Origin: Octopus sinensis
Lineage: Eukaryota
NCBI RefSeq assembly: GCF_006345805.1
Contig: NC_043018.1
Coordinates: 1,240,001 to 1,304,000 of the forward strand
Length of the DNA stretch: 64,000 nucleotides
Reading direction: 5' to 3'
In this document: one piece after another, positions 26,574-40,618 of the stretch
How positions within the stretch are numbered: the stretch's first letter is position 1
Layout: each line of letters starts with the position of its first letter
Made by a program: the position numbers and the translations under genes
The notes under the pieces: model-generated
What the model was told of the DNA's origin: nothing
Seen by the model: the letters and a program-made list of their open reading frames with translations, nothing else
The model's database searches: none

Positions 26574-27263
26574 GAATAATATATGTTGACTGTTGCTGAA
26601 TACTGTTAATAGTATAAATGTTATCACAAACCTAATGTAATTCTATAGCTGAATCGACAGTAGCTGGGGATGATTTGTCTTGGATGTATCCGTTTTTATA
26701 CGTATGGTGTTAGAAAAACAAATACAACTCCAAGCAATTTTATAGCAAATATAAGACGTGTAGTATTGATAATAGACAAAAAATAGAGCTGCTCTTCAGA
26801 TAAACTGAATATTTCACATATGTAATGTGATTACCTATGAGCAGATACATTTAACACCATATATACTTCAATACGGGGTGGTTTCCTTTCGTATAGTTTT
26901 GAAAAAAAAAAAAATGTCTTTTGAAGGTAATTTTCCTTGATGTAAACACCGCAGTTCCTCTCCTCTTAAAAACACATTGACATTAGGTGTGTGAAATTGA
27001 ATATGATAGTATCAGGAACTGCTTCTGACATACGTTGAATATATCCTACTTGTGCAGCGCTGTTACAAACAGAATACTTATAAAATCATAACTCTTGCGA
27101 TATTGATTGCTTTGTGAAAGTGAGGCAAGTACACGGCGCTTTTAGCTGAAGAGTCTTTCGAAATAGCGATACCCGCCGAAGTTGCTTCCCTTCAGGGGCT
27201 ATTTCACTTCGCCTAGGTTTCAAGTACACACACACAGACAGACACAACATATTATATATATAT

Positions 27264-27310
27264 AAACTCCGAGTAACAGCTTTGTTAAATTTCTGGTGCT
27301 TTAAAATAAA

Positions 27311-27355
<45 letters not shown>

Positions 27356-27409
27356 TATTATACTTATTTTAAAGCACCAGAAATTAACAAAAGCTGTTAC
27401 TCGGAGTTT
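27264..27409. repeat. Inverted repeat (~52-bp arms) around (TA)n
   Basis: AAACTCCGAGTAACAGC...AAAGTATA / TATACTT...GCTGTTACTCGGAGTTT. Confidence 0.9.
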
Positions 27410-28009
27410 CACGTCCCCGTTCGTAGGACAGTTTTGCTAAAATAGAACCGAGATGACAATTCTGTCAAGACTAGTATAACGTTACACCTTTAAAAATGGA
27501 TTTGTTTGATTGGTCCTTTCAAATAACGGTCATATGCGAGTGATAAAGAAAAATAAACAAAAAGAAACAAAACAAAGTATTTGAGTACTCTTTTTTCCAC
27601 TTTGTTTCACATTTATGTGTTTACTCCGGTATATATATATATATAATTATATATATATATATGCATGTCGCAGGTGAGCGTGTTTGGATAGAACTAAGTA
27701 TATATGCATTCATAAAAGAAGAGTTTTATAGAAAGATACAGGTACGTTCATTCTATTATTCATAGTTTCTGGAAAACGTGGGTACAGCCATTATACTCTC
27801 TTACGGTAACATATTTAGAGGGAGGTATAAACTCAAATTGATGGAAAATTGCGATGGCATTATGAACTGGCATTCAGTTGGTTATGACGATGAGTGCTCC
27901 TGAGGAGGAGATAAACAGAACAACCTGCTCCTTAAACATTCATCTTCAGGAAGGTGGCTCTCAACAAGATTCAGTGTGAATGATAGAAATGTAGTTGTTT
28001 GAATAACAG

Positions 28010-28140
28010 GTGCAAGTCATTTTTCCAACTGAGCGGATGGGGCAACGTGGAATAAAGTATTTTACTTAAGGAAAATCGCGCCACTAGTAGACGAACTCTG
28101 AACCTTCGATCCCGAAAACCCTCACTGCTAAGCGATGAGA
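28010..28140 (-). mobile_element. Old CORE-like SINE relic
   Basis: Minus strand CCTTAAGTAAAATACTTTATTCCACGTTG...CTCAGTTGGAAAAATGA. Confidence 0.5.
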
Positions 28141-28819
28141 CTTCATTCAAAATAGCACCTACACAGGTAACGTGTCTTTGATGGAGGGAGTGAGCACAAT
28201 CTATCATCTACGTGGTTGTTCATAAAGAAATTGCAGAGACCTCATAAGTCTTCAATGTACAGGAGAGTCCAGAACGATAATGTAGCTGATGAAGATAGTG
28301 AACTTACATCTGAATATATATCTATAGCATGTAAAAGATCGGAAAATTTCGATTATCACCACGTTGTGATGTAAATAATATATATATATATCAAGTAAAG
28401 GAAGGAAAATGGGGATTTTGAAAGAAAACCCCTATACACAACTTGGTCTTAGGTCTTCATAAAAAAAAGTACGAAATTACAATAATTTCAATGTCATGAT
28501 TAGCGAAAGCGAAACCGGTGGACAATCATAATACTCTTCCAGTTATAAAGTATATTGAAAAAATATATCAAAAGTATGAAACTGTCTGCATTTACTTCTT
28601 TTAATTGATATATATACATACATATTTAGACACAAACACAACACACTCATATATATATATATATAAAAGTATTTTTGCACACACACCACACCACACACAC
28701 ACATATATATATATTATATGTATGCATATGTATATGTGCATATATATAATATATATATGTATATATATAAATATATATATATATACGTGTGTGTGTGTGG
28801 TGTGTATGTATGTATATAC

Positions 28820-29058
28820 CGTGGCACACCGGTGGTTACGACGACGAGGCATCCCTGTGGAGCGAAAAAAGGAACAGCCTGCTCCTGATATTAGCGTGCA
28901 AGTAGCTGTGTACTCCACAGGCACGTATGCCCATAACGTAGTTCTCGTGGAGGTTTAGGTGTTTTTGCTGAAAAAAAACACTCACTCAGTCTGGGAATCG
29001 AAACTGCGATCCTACGACCGTAAGTCCGCTACCCCAAACACTGGGCCATAGCGTCACC
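28820..29058 (-). mobile_element. SINE A tail type 1, internally deleted and diverged
   Basis: Reverse complement of the head and of the GAGAACTACG...CTCGTCGTCGTAACC tail. Confidence 0.8.
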
Positions 29059-29097
29059 ACACACACACATATATATGTATATTGATACATATATTAC

Positions 29098-29430
29098 TCT
29101 TTTACTCTTTTACTCTTTAACTTGTTTCAGTCATTTGACTGTGGCCATGCTGGAGCACCGCCTTTAGTCGAGCAAATCGACCCCGGGACTTATTCTTTGT
29201 AAGCCCAGTACTTATTCTATCGGTCTCTTTTGCCGAACCGCTAACTGACGGCGACGTAAACACACAGCATCGGTTGTCAAGCAATGCTAGGGGGACAAAC
29301 ACAGACACACAAACACACACACATACACACACATACACAACACATACACACACATATAATATTACATATATACGACAGGCTTCTGTCAGTTCCGTCTACC
29401 AAATCCACTCACAAGGCATTGGTCGGCGCT
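29098..29430 (-). mobile_element. SINE B, head-truncated
   Basis: Reverse complement of the tail and middle. Confidence 0.88.
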
Positions 29431-29452
29431 ATACCACACAGCACTCCTGCGC

Positions 29453-29483
<31 letters not shown>

Positions 29484-29501
29484 TCTATATATATATATAT
29501 A

Positions 29502-29544
<43 letters not shown>

Positions 29545-30040
29545 TATATATATAATATAATATAATATATATGCATCAATGATTGATAGACTACATGTAC
29601 ATATTTAACGCAATGCGTATGTTTTTTGCCGTTTCTAATTCTGAGAATAACGTGATCTGTTTTATGTCAGCGAGTGCGTGATCTTTTGTTACCGATTTGT
29701 AAAAGTTACGCTAATATTTTCATTGTTGGGTCTATATTTGTATGAGAAACTTTCATGCAGCTCTGTTTTTCATCACTGCTCTACATTCGACTCTGCTACA
29801 AATCTGACTCGCTTTGAAATGATTGATGAATGTCCTTTATACACATGAATATATATAAACACACACACACACACACACTCTCACACAGGCACACAGGCAC
29901 ACAGACCCATATATTTATATATTTGTAAGTACATCTATACATATACATATATAATATATAAAGATAATATATGCTTATATTCTATATTATATATGATATA
30001 TATATATGATATAGATATATAGTCATATATATTAATATAC

Positions 30041-30103
<63 letters not shown>

Positions 30104-30314
30104 TGTATGTATGTATGTATGTATGTATGTATGGTTATATATATAAATATCTAGGTATGTATGTCTATATATATGATATCTATATATATATATATATATA
30201 TATGTTATGTATGTCTAGATAAATATAAATATATATACATATATATGTGTGTATATATATGTATAATATATATATATATATATGTGTATAAATATATATA
30301 GTATATATATATAT

Positions 30315-30377
<63 letters not shown>

Positions 30378-30779
30378 ATATATAGATATATATCTATATA
30401 TATAATATATCTATATATATATATATGTACATATATATAATTTATACGCGCACACATGTGTATATTGCTATTGGGCTTTAAACACGTTGTGTTGGCAGCA
30501 GGCAAATATATGGAAGGCAAAGGAGCACAATTTATTTGTTTTCCTCACGCCGTTACTTCCTTCCCGTTTGTAGATGCTTCATCATGTAAATTACTTCGGT
30601 AATATATTTTAATTATATTTAGCTTCAAAATTTGACACTTCTATTTTTAACAAACCTTATACATATAAGTATTTATACGCGTTTAGGTTTTCTCGTACTT
30701 TTGTGCGTGTATTTCTCTCGCTGTTTCCTTGTTCTTCTCTCTCTCTCAGACACAATCTCTTCTCTCACTCTTCTATCTC

Positions 30780-30928
30780 TCTATGTATGTATGTATGTAT
30801 GTATGTATGTATGTATGTATGTATGTATGTATGTATGTATGTATGTATGTATGTATGTATCTATCTATCTATCTATCTATCCATCATCTATCTATCTATC
30901 TATCTATCTATCTATACACCCATCCACC

Positions 30929-30983
<55 letters not shown>

Positions 30984-30987
30984 CATC

Positions 30988-31037
<50 letters not shown>

Positions 31038-31050
31038 ACATCCATCCATC

Positions 31051-31084
<34 letters not shown>

Positions 31085-31160
31085 ACATCCATCCATCATC
31101 TATCTATCTATCTATGTATCTATCTATCTATGTATCTATCTATCTATCTATCTATCTATA
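30780..31160. repeat. Compound (GTAT)n/(CTAT)n microsatellite
   Basis: Direct inspection. Confidence 0.95.
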
Positions 31161-31250
31161 TATATTTCTACTTACCTGCATGACAACCATCCTTCCTATC
31201 AAACTATCTCTTAAATTCATACGTGTTCTGTATATATAACTACGTGTATA

Positions 31251-31350
31251 NNNNNNNNNNNNNNNNNNNNNNNNNNNNNNNNNNNNNNNNNNNNNNNNNN
31301 NNNNNNNNNNNNNNNNNNNNNNNNNNNNNNNNNNNNNNNNNNNNNNNNNN
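31251..31350. other. Assembly gap (100 N)
   Basis: Run of n flanked by microsatellites. Confidence 1.
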
Positions 31351-31426
31351 ATCATCATTATAATTATTAATTATTATTATTATTATATATTATTATTATT
31401 ATTATTATTATAATTATTATTATTAT

Positions 31427-31472
<46 letters not shown>

Positions 31473-31535
31473 CATCATCATCATCAGGATCATCATAATC
31501 ATCATCATCATGAACATCATTATCAGCATTATCAT

Positions 31536-31610
31536 CTTTCAATTCTGTTTCCATTTCTTGCGCAGTGTCTTCCCGACACCCAGGGCAGAGAAACTCATTG
31601 TAAACATTTG
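31536..31610 (-). repeat. Short retro-tail family G adjacent to (ATC/ATT)n
   Basis: Reverse complement matches 33528-33603 (GAGTTTCT.TGCCCT.GG.GTCGGGAAGAC). Confidence 0.65.
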
Positions 31611-32564
31611 AAGTCTATTAAAAGAAAAGAAAAAAACATTAATCATTATAGTAGCACTTCCTCAGACGTGTTCATTTAGTAATAATTAGCTATAATTAGT
31701 AAATAAAATTATAGTTTGGTTATGAAAAGAAGCAAGAAATGAAGAAGAAAATGATGAAGAATGAGGAGAGGAAGGAGTACTAGGAGGAGGAGGCAGAGAA
31801 AAGGGAGGTGTAAGCGGTGAAGGAGGAGAAGCAGGAGTAGTAAAAAGAGAAGGGTGAGGAAGGAGGAATAAGCGAAGGAGGAGAGGAACGAGGATTAAGG
31901 GAGGGTTGCATAAGAGAAGGAGGAGTAAGAGGATAAATAAGACAGGGAAGTGGTGAGGGTGGAGTAAGAGAAGTAGGAGTAAGAAAATAAGGAGAAGGAC
32001 AAGAACATGAGGAGATCAAGAGGAAAGCTGAACGAATAGCTGGACGGAAAAGGTGTTTCATGAGTAGAATTAGTACTAAACCACTTGTTAAGGTTATTTC
32101 GGCGGATTCTCTATAGAAATTATGGCCAACAAACAATGACATCGAAAATGAAAAATTGGTAATGGGCGTTTATGTCATAATTCTGCTTCCTCATCAGCAC
32201 GTTTTGCTTCCTCATCAGCACGCACCCAAGCCATTAATAATCCACGAACTTATTCCTTAAATACTCAGTAAGTATAGCGGTGCAACGGTATTCGATATTG
32301 CCAATTTTCCACATCAAACACATTCCAGGAAGCTCGTATGTAAATATTAATGACTTGTAGGGACGCGGTATTTCGTTATGCCACCATAATATACTACAAA
32401 GAACACAAAACACTTTAATAAGTCAATAATGTGTCCTATTGCGTTAGCAGTCCTATTAAATCACTTGTTACGGTTATCTCTGCAGATTTGCTATTAGAAA
32501 TTATAGCCGACGATGATTCTGTGATGATGTTTCATATGCGAAACGGAAAATAAGCTTTAAGTGG

Positions 32565-32723
32565 ATTGCATCAACCCTAGTGCTCCACTGATAGATATTC
32601 TACCGACCCTGGACGAATGAAAAGTAAAGCCAACACCCGCAGGATTTGAACTGAGATCCTGAAGACGGACGAAATATCATTCAGTGTTTTGCCCGGTTAG
32701 CTCGCGACTCTGCCAGTTCGCCG
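32565..32723 (-). mobile_element. SINE C, degenerate
   Basis: GGATTTGAACT...GACGAAATA...CTCTGCCAGTTCGCCG. Confidence 0.7.
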
Positions 32724-33420
32724 ACCAAGCAGTGTCTACTCTGGCTTCTCATGTTAACTGATTGTAAGTCTTATCATATGCCTGCATTGTCTTTATGTAC
32801 ACGATAGGGCTACAGCAAATATTCTGCTCAATATCAAAGATTTACTTAACCAGTTGAGCATGTCCCTTAGTGGCTGACGATTTCTACGTCTCTGATCAAG
32901 AGCAGAAGATTATTTCTTTAGTGAAATGTGACAAGAGTGTGATTGTTAGTTTCGCCAACAGTTTTCAGTGAACCGGAAACTAAATTTTTCGTATCAAAAA
33001 GTTATTTATTTACACCTCAAATAGGTTCTTCGTGATATTTGTTTTCCATTTCTACTTCTCTGATCAAGAGCAGAGTAGTGGTGGAGCATCATATATATGT
33101 GTTGAAAGGAATTCTTTAGAATACGAATACTTTACATCCGGAAACATGGCGGTTTCATTTATCAAAACTTACTCAGGACACATTTGAGCGGGATGGACTA
33201 ATGAAACCCAAAGAAAATGCTAACTAGGCCTCCCCTGAAATGCTATATAAGATGCATATCTTGTTATGTGATCACCATGTTGCGATGCACGTGCCCTGTG
33301 TACACATATCACATGGTTAGTCATGATGGATATGTTGGGCTTCGTATATTTGTAGCCCAGTGTCAATCTAATGATATGCGCTTACCTCTCTCTCAATAAT
33401 AATAATAATAATAATAATAA
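32724..33420 (+). mobile_element. Family D retroposon ending in (AAT)n, diverged, with a 142-bp insertion
   Basis: Homologous over its length to the reverse complement of 37220-37765. Confidence 0.75.
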
Positions 33421-33527
33421 AGAACTATTACTGCCCATGTATTTTAATAGAACTATTACTGCCCATGTATTTTAATTTAACTTTAAAAAAAATTAACGAA
33501 CTAGTGAGTTTAGTTTAATGGCCTACC

Positions 33528-33640
33528 AATGTATACTATGAGTTTCTTTGCCCTAGGAGTCGGGAAGACTCTCGGCAAGAAATTGAAGCAAATTTGAAAG
33601 AAGATAATAGTAACAATAGTAATAACAACAACAACAACTA
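33528..33640 (+). repeat. Short retro-tail family G with AAT/AAC tail
   Basis: Matches 31536-31610. Confidence 0.65.
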
Positions 33641-34038
33641 CAACAATAAAAATGACACTAATATAGTCCAATTAGTTTAGGTGAAATATTAAAGTGTAGT
33701 AACACTCAGAGATTTTCCCAACAAAATGTAGCGGTTGAAATAGTTTAAAGATTATTTCTTTAGAGAAATGTTACAACAGAGTGACTGTTAGTTTCGCCAA
33801 CAGTTTTCAGTGAATCGGTAACTAAATTTTGTGTATCAAAACGTTATATATTCACACCTCAAATAGGTTCGTCGTAATATTTGCTTTCCATAAGTATCTG
33901 TTCTCTGTCGAATCTAATGAAGTAGACTGATGATAGCTGGAGTGGATCTTACAAATTAAGGAATATAGGTACCATATACTTCGCATCTTGCACTAAGATT
34001 TACTTACTGTTTATATGGATATATGAAATGTATATATA

Positions 34039-34072
<34 letters not shown>

Positions 34073-34299
34073 TATATATATATATATATATCATATATAT
34101 ATATATATATGTATACGTATATACATATATATCTATATATATATATATATATACGTGTATAGACATAATTATATATATAGATTCACAGATAGATATATGT
34201 CTGAGTGTATATGTGAGCGCATACACATATACGTACATACATATATATATATATACATATATATATACACACATATATACATACATGTATTTGTATGTA

Positions 34300-34340
<41 letters not shown>

Positions 34341-34969
34341 GCGTGTGTGTCTGTATAATACAAATATACATTATATACATGAATGTGCAATATTTAACAA
34401 CTGAATTTGCAAAAAACGATGGATGATCCATAACGATTTCATTCGACACACTCACACATGCACACACACGCACACGCACATACACACGCGAATACACGCC
34501 CACCTACACACTCACACATACACATACGGACAGACATACACAGACACAACCTCATACGCAGTCATGCTTGCATTGAAATTTTCAAATAGAAGGAAAAAAT
34601 ATGTAACGTAAAGAAAGAAAATATAAACATAATTTTATAAAAATTTTAATACTTTTTGAAACTACATTTATTCGTGTCATACTGTTTGTTTTTTCACTTT
34701 GTCTTTTGTTTTTCTTGTTGTTGGCATAAATTCTAGCTTACTATTATTATCATCTGACAATGCGACAAAGAAACGTTAGTCTCTTGATGAAACAGTCACA
34801 ATATAGGATTTCTCCGCCAAACGTATTATGTATATAAATATTTTGTTTCTTCTCCATAAATGCAACAAAACCAAAACAAGTGATTCAATGAATACAAGCT
34901 TCATAGATACATATATATATCTATGCAAAACATTTTGTTATAATTGTTACTGTTGACGTTATATGTCTT

Positions 34970-34994
34970 ATTCATTTATGATTATTATTGTTAA

Positions 34995-35037
<43 letters not shown>

Positions 35038-35206
35038 GTTATTACTAACATCATCATCATTGTTATTATTATTACTATTATTTTTTTCATCATTATTATT
35101 ATCATTATTATCATTATAATTTTCCTCATGATCATCATTCTCGTCATCATCATGAGCAGCAGCAGCATCTTCAATATCATCATCATCATCATCATCTTCA
35201 TCATCA

Positions 35207-35237
<31 letters not shown>

Positions 35238-35245
35238 CAATATAA
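34970..35245. repeat. (ATT)n/(ATC)n trinucleotide tract
   Basis: Direct inspection. Confidence 0.95.
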
Positions 35246-35621
35246 TACACAATATTTAGATAATTTTTTTTTAGTTTGCATGATATCTATAACTGTAGGT
35301 GTTGATTTTAATGTCCGTTTTTGTTTTTCATTTAGGAGTACTATAGATTGGTTTGTGCATATATGTGTGAAAATGAAAGTGTACGTAGGCGCGCGGAGTT
35401 GTTTGTGTTGTCTTCTGGGTGAGGAATATTTATGTGCATCTGTTTGCGGGTTTGTTTACAATCGTAGGTATTTGATTTTTGAAAACCAAAAAAGCATTGT
35501 CTCTGTTGTGTTCATAAGATGTTTAGATCAATATAATAATATGTATACATACATACCTACATCCATGTTAGTGTGTATAAGTAAATGTATACATGTAGAG
35601 GCGGGGCATAAATATATACGC

Positions 35622-35653
<32 letters not shown>

Positions 35654-35982
35654 GCATATATCCATATTAGTATATATATATATATATATATACATATATA
35701 TGAATGTATATATACACACACAAACAGAACATTTCATAAATACATATATATATGTACACTCACACATATATGCACACACTCACACACACTCATAAACTTT
35801 ATATATTAAATGTAGTTAGGCACAGTTATCTATAACTATACACATACATACGTATATGTACAAATAATATGCATATACATATCAATGTAAAAATAAATAA
35901 ATAAGTATATATATATATATTATATATTATATATATATTAACAGCCAGACACACACACACACATATATACAAACATATTTTC

Positions 35983-36030
<48 letters not shown>

Positions 36031-36469
36031 CATATATATATATATCTGCAAATATGCAAATGGAAAAATTATACACATCAATACAAATCTATACATATGT
36101 GTCTATAAACAATCACTCACATACACATGTCTGTGCGTTTGCATGACCGTACGGTTGTTTGCATATGTGCATTTGCATATAAGAAGAATATATGCTTTCG
36201 TGTATGTGTATGTACGTACGTGCTAGCGTGTCTGATAGTAACAGCATTTGCTGTTTATATTTTTAAAATTCACTGAAAGACGAAAGCATAGTTTTATATT
36301 TTTATTTATAGTTCTCGCACTTTTTTCTTTCTCACTCTGTTTCTTTGTTATTTGTTTATATTTTTCTTTCTTATTTTTGTTGTTGTTTTTTTTTTGTCTT
36401 TTGTTCTTTAGTGAAAAATAATTTAATATCATGATACATATTTCAGCTCGAGTATTTCGTCTGAAACAT

Positions 36470-36900
36470 TACCGCTTGCTTCATCATCATAATCATCAGC
36501 AACTTCGTAGACGACGTCGTCGCCATCATCATCATCATTCTCATCATCATGATCATCGTCTTCGTCGTCGTCATCGTCATCAACATCATTATCATCAACA
36601 TAATGAACATCATCGTCATCATCATATTTATCGTCTTCCTCATCATTGCCATTATCATCATCATAATCATATCATCATCATTATTATAATCAACATCATT
36701 ATCACCATCATCAATATCGTTTTTCATCACCATCATCATCATCATCACCACCATCATCATCATCTTCATCATCATGATCATCATCATGATCATCATGATC
36801 ATCAGTATCATCATGTGGAGTACGATGTCCGATTTATCATCATAATAATCATGGTCACGATAACATCATCATCATCGTCATCATCGACTACAAGAACCTC
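36470..36900. repeat. (CAT)n/(CGT)n trinucleotide tract
   Basis: Direct inspection; source of the spurious His-rich ORF. Confidence 0.95.
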
Positions 36901-37219
36901 ATAATTACTTTCGCCACCAAAAACTTAATTTCGTTTGCGATTCTCTTCATTCCACTCTAAATTTATCCGCATCGTCCCCATCGTCGGCTTCTTTGTCTCC
37001 CGCAGCATCCAAGCCATCACCGTCATCGTGAACATAACTATTGTCATCATCATGATCGTCATCATCAAAGAACCTGAATTTGAAGGGCACCATTAGTAAC
37101 ACCATGTTGACAATCAATAAAATGCTAACATCACAGTATTCTTGCTCTTATTCTTGGAGAAACTATGTTATTATTACTATCATCGTTATTATTATTGTTA
37201 TTATTATTATTTTATTATT

Positions 37220-37765
37220 GAGTGAGGAGCAGTTCATGCCATCAAGTGACACTGGGGTAAAATATACGAAGCCCAATATACCCATCATGACTACCCGTCT
37301 GATAAAGGTACACCAGGCACATGCATCACAACCATATGTGCGCGACATGGTGATCTCATATCAAGATAAACAGCACATGACCTTGCAGGTGGGGCCCCAG
37401 TTTGAATTTTCTTCAGGTTGAGTAGCCATCCCGCTCAAACGGTCCGAATAAGGGTGTTTAAGATGTTGTAAGAACCACCCATGTTTTCAGAGGTGAACTA
37501 TTCAAACCCCAAAGCATCCCTCTCAACACATGGCTTATGATGCTCCCCCACTACTTCTGCTCGTGATCAGAGCTGCACATATCGTCAGCCACTAAGGGAC
37601 ATGCTCAACTGGTTACGGTCAAACACTGACAAGCAAATTTGTGGTATTGAGCAGAATATTGCTGTAGCCCATCTTTTATACCAAGACAAAACAATGTACA
37701 TGATAACACTTCAATCAGTTAAGATCAGAAGCCATGAGAGCCACTGCCTGGTACTGCATCAGGGC
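37220..37765 (-). mobile_element. Family D retroposon, apparently full length, inserted in (TAA)n
   Basis: Flanked on both sides by (TAT/ATT)n; no tRNA head; 3' end ...CCTCACTC-AATAATAA. Confidence 0.8.
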
Positions 37766-37767
37766 AT

Positions 37768-38270
37768 TTATATTATTATTATTATTATATACATATTTTA
37801 TTATTATGGTTGTTGCTATTATTATTATCAGTATTGCTATGGTTATTATTATTATTATTATTTTATTATATTATTATTGTTATTATTATTATTATTATTT
37901 TATTATTACTAATATTAATATTATTGTTGTTGTTGTTATTATTATTATCAGTATTGCTGTGGTTATTATTATTACTTTTTTAATTATTATTATTGTTATT
38001 ATTAATTATTATTATCATTATTATTATTGTTATTATTATTATTAATTTTATTATTAATTATTATCATCATCATCATTATATTGATTATTATGATTATTAT
38101 ATTATTAGATTATATTATTATTATTATTATTATTATTATTATCATCATCATCATTATTATTATTATTATGATTATTATTATTATTTATTATTATTATTAT
38201 TATTATTATTGTTATTATTATTACCGTCATCATCATCAGCATCCTCCTCATCATTATCATCACCAGCACA
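37768..38270. repeat. (ATT)n/(ATC)n tract
   Basis: Direct inspection. Confidence 0.95.
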
Positions 38271-38446
38271 ATTGTCATCGCAACTCTTATTACTTACATT
38301 CTTCACTGAATGCTTCTTTGTTTACATGTCTCCCCAATGTAGGTTTGTATGACTACTCAATGAAATCTTGCTCCACTTATAATAACCATAAGGTTATAAT
38401 CTCATTTATATTTTGCTTTGTTGTCATGTAATAAGTGCTCATTTGA

Positions 38447-38499
<53 letters not shown>

Positions 38500-39006
38500 T
38501 ATATGTACATATATATATATATATTTAGCAGGCATATTGCAGAACAGACAAATCTCTGTGGCGTAAATATATATATATAATAATATTATATATATATATA
38601 TATATGTTACGCACATAGTTTTGTCTGTTCTTGTAAAATGCCTGCTAAATGTAGGTTCGTCTTTTTATTCGGTGCTACGGAAATAAGAATGGTGAAAAAA
38701 TAAAAAAAATAAAAATTATTACTGCAAAAATATAGGAGTTATATTTTCTCAGCACACGTTCCAAGTTTTCTTATAATCTACAGTTGTTCAAATCTCATTG
38801 GGAATAACACATAGACACACACATACACACACACATACACACACACATACACACACACACACACACACTTAGAACGACATACATTTCAGCGTATATTTAT
38901 GTATATGTGTTGTGTGCTTGTGTGGTGTGTGTGAGTGTATATGTATATGTTATATGTGAGTTTGTGACAATGTGATTTACTTATATTCAAGCATATATAC
39001 TTTATA

Positions 39007-39038
<32 letters not shown>

Positions 39039-39077
39039 CTTTATACGCATAGATATAGGACGGGTTTTTTAGAGGCA

Positions 39078-39119
<42 letters not shown>

Positions 39120-39790
39120 GGTACACACACACACATACATATATATAAATGTTCATATAGAAATGCAATATTGCAAAAAACATCCAAGTAGGAAATATTT
39201 ATTATCTCAGTATCAAAGACTTGTGCGAATGACAGCGGCTATATATTTAGTCTCTTACATTTTATTAAAATAGATGCATTTGCGCAATGCAATATTTACA
39301 GACATACAAATTTTCTGACTAGACTACGAACACTTATTGATAAAGAATTATGTGCACCATATATGTATCGGCATACACAACTCTATAGATGCGTATGAAT
39401 TATATATATATATATATATATATCGTTTTTTTCGGTCCCGAATATCTGTGCTATTGTTTGTCATAATAAAGAAGCTGAACCAGAATACTTACAGTATCTC
39501 TGTCATTATGTAGATTGTAAAAAAAAATGTGGCTTATAAAGGCAATAGTGAAAAAAAATAGCTGTTGAAGTCCTGCTTAGAACCGACCGTGGATCGCTTG
39601 TCTTAGCATTTCTGTAACGAAATTCAGAAACCTACTTACACGTAGACAAAAATGTTACAAAGAAAAATAATTTCTTGAAAGTAGCACTACTTAGACAACT
39701 TGAATAATCTGGTAGTTCACACAGTGAACATTCGAAATATTAGTTTCAAATATGCTTTTTATTCAGCATCTGAGAATATATCTATATCTA

Positions 39791-39873
<83 letters not shown>

Positions 39874-39904
39874 ATCTGTCTCTCTATATATATATGTATA
39901 TATA

Positions 39905-39985
<81 letters not shown>

Positions 39986-40028
39986 TTATAGACGTGATAT
40001 GTGACAATTATTCGGTAGTCATGATAAA

Positions 40029-40409
40029 ACTCCGAGTTTCGAATGCCGAGGTGGAAATCCACGCTGGCATCTCTTCAGTTATCTGGCCATCGGAAAAACG
40101 TTATGAAAAATGACCGTTATACAAAGGGAAATTACTGAGGGTGGATGAATGTATGCACACGAACGTGGGTGTGCGGGCGCACATGTTTAGGTATGAACAG
40201 GCGCGCTTACGCGAATACTATGAACATTTTACCCCATTACTTTACTCCTTTACTTAGTGGTCATTCTAATAGTGGTTTTGTCTTAATAGCGGTTAAATAA
40301 CAGTAATTTCCCTTTGTATAACGGTCATTTTTCATAGCGTCTTTCCGATGGCCGGATTACTGAAGAGATGGTGGCGTGTATTTCCACCTCAGCACCCGGA
40401 ACTCGGAGT
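40029..40409. mobile_element. MITE-like element with ~108-bp inverted arms
   Basis: 40029-40137 matches the reverse complement of 40301-40409; termini ACTCCGAGT. Confidence 0.75.
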
Positions 40410-40539
40410 AGTAGTAGTAGGAATGATACCTTGCTTTTATGCATCGATGTTAGAACGTTAAGAGGAACGTTTCAAGGAGAAAACACATACTAATAATAAT
40501 AATATGAAATACGAATAAAAATATGAAGGAAAGCTTAAA

Positions 40540-40586
40540 GTTAGCAGCAGCAGCAACAGCAGTAGCAGTAGTAGTAGTAGTAGTAA

Positions 40587-40618
<32 letters not shown>

